A DNA stretch of 64,000 bases from Azolla caroliniana (Eukaryota; Plantae; Polypodiophyta). A program made the translations under genes and the position numbers. Positions within the stretch are counted from its first letter, which is position 1, and each line of letters starts with the position of its first letter. The DNA lies in assembly GCA_043228905.1 (NCBI GenBank), contig JBHGNT010000018.1, positions 3,596,001 through 3,660,000 of the forward strand. The letters are read 5' to 3'. Below the pieces are notes generated by a model that was not told the origin of the DNA, ran no database searches, and worked only from the letters and a program-made list of their open reading frames with translations. This document shows positions 60,001 to 64,000 of the stretch, piece by piece.

Positions 60001-62487
60001 CAAGGGACCGGTTAGCACTCGAGGATCCGGCCGAAGACGGTGAAGAAACAGAACCGGCCGAGGAAGATGAAACTGATACCGGAACCGGCCCCGATCCCGA
60101 AATGGATTCGGATGAAGAGGAAACGGAGGAGCCGGTTACCGAAGCTCCGGAACGGAGATATCCTCTAAGAGAGAGAAGGGCCCCCCGGAGATTTCCGGAA
60201 CCAGAGCACGTGCTGCTAACCGACGAAGGGGAGCCGGAGAGTTTTGAAGAAGCAAAGCTTGACACCCATAGCTGCAGGTGGTTAAGTGCCATGCAGGAGG
60301 AGATGGATTCCCTGCATGAGAACCACACATATGAACTTGTGGAGTCGCCGAAAGGAAAGCGGGCACTTCGAAACAAGTGGGTGTTCAAGCTGAAACCGGG
60401 AGATGCCGGAAACCCCCCGAGATACAAAGCCAGGATCGTGGTGAAGGGGTTCCAGCAGAAGAAGGGCGTCGACTTCAACGAGATATTTGCCCCGGTAGTG
60501 AAGATGACCTCCATCCGGACGGTGCTGAGCATAGCGGCAAGCCTGGACCTCGAGGTAGAACAGATGGACGTGAAGATGGCATTCCTTCACGGTGACCTCG
60601 AAGAAGAGATCTACATGCAGCAACCGGAAGGATTCGAGAAGAAAGGGAAGGAGCACCTGGTATGCCGGTTGAAGAAGAGCCTTTACGGACTGAAGCAGGC
60701 TCCCCGGCAATGGTACCGGAAGTTCGACTCTTTCATGACCGACGAAGGGTACCACAAAACGCAGTCCGATCACTGCGTGTTTGTGAAGAAGTTCGAAGGA
60801 GGAGACTCTCTAATACTCCTCCTGTACGTGGACGACATGTTGATCGTCGGACCGGACCAGGTCAAGATACGGATGCTGAAGAAAGCACTTCACCGAACCT
60901 TCTCAATGAAGGACCTGGGTCCGGCGAGGCAAATACTAGGGATGCACATCATCTGGGACCGGAAGAAGAAGCAGTTGTGGCTGTCACAGGAGAAGTATGT
61001 GACAAAGGTACTTCACCGGTTCAACATGTCGGAAGCAAGACCGGTCGGGTCAACCCTCCCGGCAAACTGCAAGTTGTCCAGCAAGCAAAGCCCCAAGACA
61101 AAGGCTGAGAAGGAGGACATGATGAAAGTACCATATGCCTCTGCCGTTGGAAGCTTAATGTACGCAATGGTGTGTACAAGACCGGACATAGGATATGCAG
61201 TCGGAGTGGTGAGCCGGTACATGAGCAATCCCGGCAAAGAGCACTGGAACGCGGTCAAGTGGATACTCCGATACCTGAAGGGCACGGCAAACGTGTGCCT
61301 TCGATTCGGCTCCGGTAAGTCCGAACTCGACGGCTTTACCGATTCGGATATGTCGGCTGATGCAGATACCAGCCGGTCCACATCAGGGTATGTGATGACG
61401 TATGCAGGGGGAGCTGTTTCGTGGCAGTCGAGGCTGCAGAAGACGGTTGCATTGTCAACCACGGAGGCGGAGTACATGGCGGCTGTTGAAGCCGGCAAGG
61501 AAATGATATGGATGAAGGACTTCATTAGAGAGCTCGGTATCCGGCAGGAGGAGTACCGACTCTACTGCGACAGTCAGAGTGCCATCCACCTTGCGAAGAA
61601 CGCGGCCTATCACTCCCGGACGAAGCACATCCAGCGTAGATATCACTGGATCCGGGAAAGGATAGAAGACCAGGAGTTCGTGCTGACGAAGATCCACACG
61701 GACGAGAACGGCTCAGATATGCTGACCAAAGTGCTCACACCCGACAAGCTGGAAGCGTGCCGGAAGAGGGTCGGACTGGAAAGACATCCCATGCCGAAGT
61801 GAAGGGGGAGTTTGTTGGGATTACGGTCCCTCCGGATGGGATGGTCGGATGTCCGGGAATCGGGAATGAAGACCCGGTTCCGGAGCCGGATGATGAAGAC
61901 CCGGTTCCGGATCCGGATGATGAAGACCCCGGCTACGGAGCCGGATGATGAAGACCCCGGCTACGGAGCCGGATTATGAAGACCCTGGCTACGGAGCCGG
62001 ATGACGAATGAACCCGGAGAGAGATCCGGATGCGGGGACATATTTGTGAATATGTTTGCCAAGGGCCCTTGAGGCTATATTTGTAAATAGCCCGAAAGTC
62101 ATATTGTGTATAAATATGACTTAGGGCAAACAGTTGTAAGTTGTTGCTCTAAGTTGTTGCTTATTGTGTATTGCCACTCTTATGTGTGCAAGAGAGTGAA
62201 GAGAGCAGCCGAGAGAGAGAGACGAAGAGGTCGTTGCCTCTGTGTATTACCGCCGCCTGTGGCGAAGACAGTGAGCTCAAGGTTGTTGCCTTGTAGCTTC
62301 ACCATTGTACATCTCTGTTCATAGTGATAGTTGGAGTTTGAGGACTCCTGTGGTTTTTTCCCATTTAGGGTTTTCCACGCAAAACATCGTGTGCATTCTT
62401 CTCTCTATTGTCTTCGTGCATTGTGTATTTCCTGTTTTCTGTGAGTTGATCCTATTCCTCGGTTGTGGCCGAGCACTGTGTTTAACA
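57026..62487 (+). mobile_element. Young, complete Ty1/Copia element (Tnt1/Tork-like) inserted in the Gypsy RT
   Basis: TSD CGCTT (57021-57025 / 62488-62492). LTRs 57026-57697 and 61813-62487 are near-identical. PBS TGGTATCAGAGC at 57701-57712; PPT GAAGGGGGAG at 61801-61810. Excision restores Gypsy ..EDARLTFSGEK.. Confidence 0.97.
57729..61802 (+). CDS. Uninterrupted Copia gag-pol polyprotein (~1357 aa from the first ATG)
   Basis: Motifs CFYCGKPGHFQKNC, WVVDSGASFH, LWHKRLGH, VHTDVC, RADNGGEY, NGLAERMN, LYVDDML, FTDSD, YCDSQSA and RTKHI lie in one frame. Confidence 0.95.
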   Translation: MEGGGSGPPGMMVLNSQNYADWKIKMEDLLIVRDLYEPIDNAEIPKGVIESEWKLLNRKAVATIWQYVDVSVLQHVANDTNAYEMWQKLSGLYERKNALTRTSLMRKIVNLKYRDGESMVEHVSTFMGFVNQLAAIKFPLDDAMQAIMLMCTLPESWENLVVTLSTSCKEENLSLLTVKTSILNEEARQRDKEPASDSKALLTESERGRQRNRSPQRREKSGTRSQSRGRPTCFYCGKPGHFQKNCRHFRKDNGTDGTDSKKSLERNGAYRGATDRRGPDRRGQDRKGTTALAASEEEIMLITEERELNLAGEEMTWVVDSGASFHLTPEKKYFSSYTAGEHGCVRMGNEGTCRIAGIGDVWLMTSTGCKMLLKDVRHVPEVRLNLISAGRLDDEGYTGSIRNGVMKFSKGSLIVARARKVNTLYLMNSRLCPEELNVAADTAGELWHKRLGHMSEKGMKRLADDNLIPVKHVHLGKCTDCLAGKQNRTSFRSRPPTRRSAPLELVHTDVCQVETKSHGGAQYFVTFIDDHSRKLWTAPLKTKDQVLCVFKELHARVERESGKKLKAIRADNGGEYRGQFAEYCRSKGIRLEFTVPKTPELNGLAERMNRTIMERVRSMLAHAKLPKGFWAEAMSTATYVINRSPSVPLDGDTPQRVWTGREVSYRHLKVFGCLAYVHVAKDRRGKLDPKTRPCIFLGYGDDEFGYRVWDPVDKKIFRSRDIIFMEDKTLADWESEKKMKSSKSTGEDQLYEEQSRPARDRLALEDPAEDGEETEPAEEDETDTGTGPDPEMDSDEEETEEPVTEAPERRYPLRERRAPRRFPEPEHVLLTDEGEPESFEEAKLDTHSCRWLSAMQEEMDSLHENHTYELVESPKGKRALRNKWVFKLKPGDAGNPPRYKARIVVKGFQQKKGVDFNEIFAPVVKMTSIRTVLSIAASLDLEVEQMDVKMAFLHGDLEEEIYMQQPEGFEKKGKEHLVCRLKKSLYGLKQAPRQWYRKFDSFMTDEGYHKTQSDHCVFVKKFEGGDSLILLLYVDDMLIVGPDQVKIRMLKKALHRTFSMKDLGPARQILGMHIIWDRKKKQLWLSQEKYVTKVLHRFNMSEARPVGSTLPANCKLSSKQSPKTKAEKEDMMKVPYASAVGSLMYAMVCTRPDIGYAVGVVSRYMSNPGKEHWNAVKWILRYLKGTANVCLRFGSGKSELDGFTDSDMSADADTSRSTSGYVMTYAGGAVSWQSRLQKTVALSTTEAEYMAAVEAGKEMIWMKDFIRELGIRQEEYRLYCDSQSAIHLAKNAAYHSRTKHIQRRYHWIRERIEDQEFVLTKIHTDENGSDMLTKVLTPDKLEACRKRVGLERHPMPK

Positions 62488-64000
62488 CGCTTGACCTTCT
62501 CGGGTGAGAAATCGACATTCGGCCAACTGGAGATCCTTGTGGTGGGACACTTGTGCGGGGCGTACGGACGGAAGCCGTCCCCGGCAAAGGTGGATGCCAT
62601 CACAGACATTAGGGAAGAATGTAAATCGCAAACAAAGGTGAGGCGATTTCTTGGTGCTTGTGCATTCTACCACATTTGGATTCCGCACTATGCTCACCTA
62701 GTCGAGCCCTTGTATGGGCTACTCAAGAAGGGGCGGAAGTTCAAGTGGGAGGAAGAGCACACAGAGGCAATGAAGAGGCTCAAAGGAATGTTGGTAGCGG
62801 CACTAGCTTTACAAAAAGCCGTATACAAGGAAGGGGTGCCCATATACGTGACGGTAGATACGAGTCCAACAGGGATCGGATGGGTCATCAACCAAGAAGG
62901 AGAGGATGGTACACGCTATGCCATCCGGTTTGGAGCCAAGGTCTTAAGCGAGCGACAACGAGGATACGCCCAAGTAAAACGTAAACTTTGGGGTATTGTG
63001 TTCGTAGTGACGGCGGATAAAGATTACCTAATCGGGTCAGAGGTGGTAATAGAGACGGATTGCCTTCCAATCCTAGGGATGGTTTCGGGGTGTGCAACAC
63101 CTGACCTAGCTATGCTAAGATGGATTGCTTACATCAAATCAATGAACCCGGAGATTCACCACATTTCAGGGAAGAACAATGTCATGGCAGATATGCTATC
63201 GAGGGCAAGGTTCGAGGGCGAAAGCAACATGGTGTCTGAAGATGAGGATGTCGCTCTTGACTTCTTCAAGACATCCCAAGCGTCTATAGATGATCAAGAT
63301 GTGCGAGTACTCCACGCCTTCAACGAAAGTGAATACGAAGGGGAGTGGCTACACATTGGCAAGTTCTTAAGCTCAATGATGGTGGATAGTTCATGGTCGA
63401 AGCAGGAAGCACAGAGAGTCCGAAAGAAAGCGTACAAGTACTTCCTACGAGGGGGATTCCTTTGGAGGCACCCGAAGAGAAGGACGGGGACGCCACAACG
63501 AGTGGTCATAAAGGAAGAGGACCAGACAACATTGGTGTCTGAATTCCACGAGAGTCCTTGGGTGGGCCATAGAGGAACGTGGGCAACATTCGAGAAGTTA
63601 AAGGAGAAGTATTGGTGGCCGGGAATGTACAAGGATGTCGCCCATTTCGTGGGGACGTGTGAAAGCTGCCAGATACACTCCAACATACGCCATAGGGACG
63701 AGTTGCACCCGACCTACCCACTCACCATACACTTCAAATGGATGGTGGATTTAGTTTCGATGCCGATGGGAGTGGGTCAAATGAAATATTTGGTGCTAGC
63801 AAGAGAAGACCTAACAAACCAAGTAGAAGGGTGGGCCTTAGCAAACAAAACAACGGCGGGGGTGTGTAAATTCTTACTCAAGGATGTCATCTGCCGGTAC
63901 GGATGTGTGGGAAAGATAGTGGCCGATAGAGGAGAGCTGAACGCTCACGAAGCTACAAAGCTCTTTGACCGACTTGGAGTGAAGCTCTCTCTCACGAACT

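Larger units (their letters stand above)
53007..64000 (+). mobile_element. Non-chromovirus Ty3/Gypsy element (fungal-like, possibly Phygy/Selgy/Ylt1-related); 5' LTR 53007-53546; runs off the window end
   Basis: LTR TGTCGTG..CACGACA; gag with CMWCDNPDHLQREC; protease IDHGSDIN; RT WFTVPKK..FIQDLQPVN, LPQGGTNS, FLDD; RNase H VDTSPTGIGW, ETDCLP; integrase H..GH..CESC, WMVDLV, ADRGE. One stop at 54593 and a frameshift near 55555. Confidence 0.9.

Noticed and set aside
57774-61697. Many antisense and alternative-frame ORFs in the Copia
   Set aside because: Expected by-products of GC-rich coding sequence on the opposite strand.

Overview
Eukaryotic, intron-containing DNA from a land plant. The transposon content (Tcn1-type chromovirus, RTEX-type LINE, fungal-like Ty3/Gypsy) suggests a non-seed plant, probably a fern; this is inference. 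There are four host genes: the 3' WD40 exons of a GFS12/BCHD-like BEACH protein (979-3337, +), an RMA/RNF5-type RING E3 ligase (29726-30520, +), a two-CCCH zinc-finger gene with a Q/N/P/Y-rich tail (41317-39183, -) and a class B heat-shock factor (45473-43410, -). About half of the window is nested retroelements whose boundaries resolve to the base. A full-length L1-type LINE (9585-22305) carries a Gypsy solo LTR and a complete Copia element. A four-level nest runs RTEX-type LINE > Tcn1 chromovirus > tRNA-Trp-primed Gypsy > young intact Copia (47812-64000). The most interesting signals are: (1) two related Gypsy LTRs inserted at the same ATACGG target; (2) tRNA-like Pol III A/B boxes inside two unrelated LTRs, both antisense; (3) a perfect four-unit heat-shock element in the chromovirus LTR; (4) a -1 frameshift signal placed after the protease; (5) an HSF-B with an altered repressor motif, uORFs and HSEs in its own leader. 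All calls were made by eye, without database searches.
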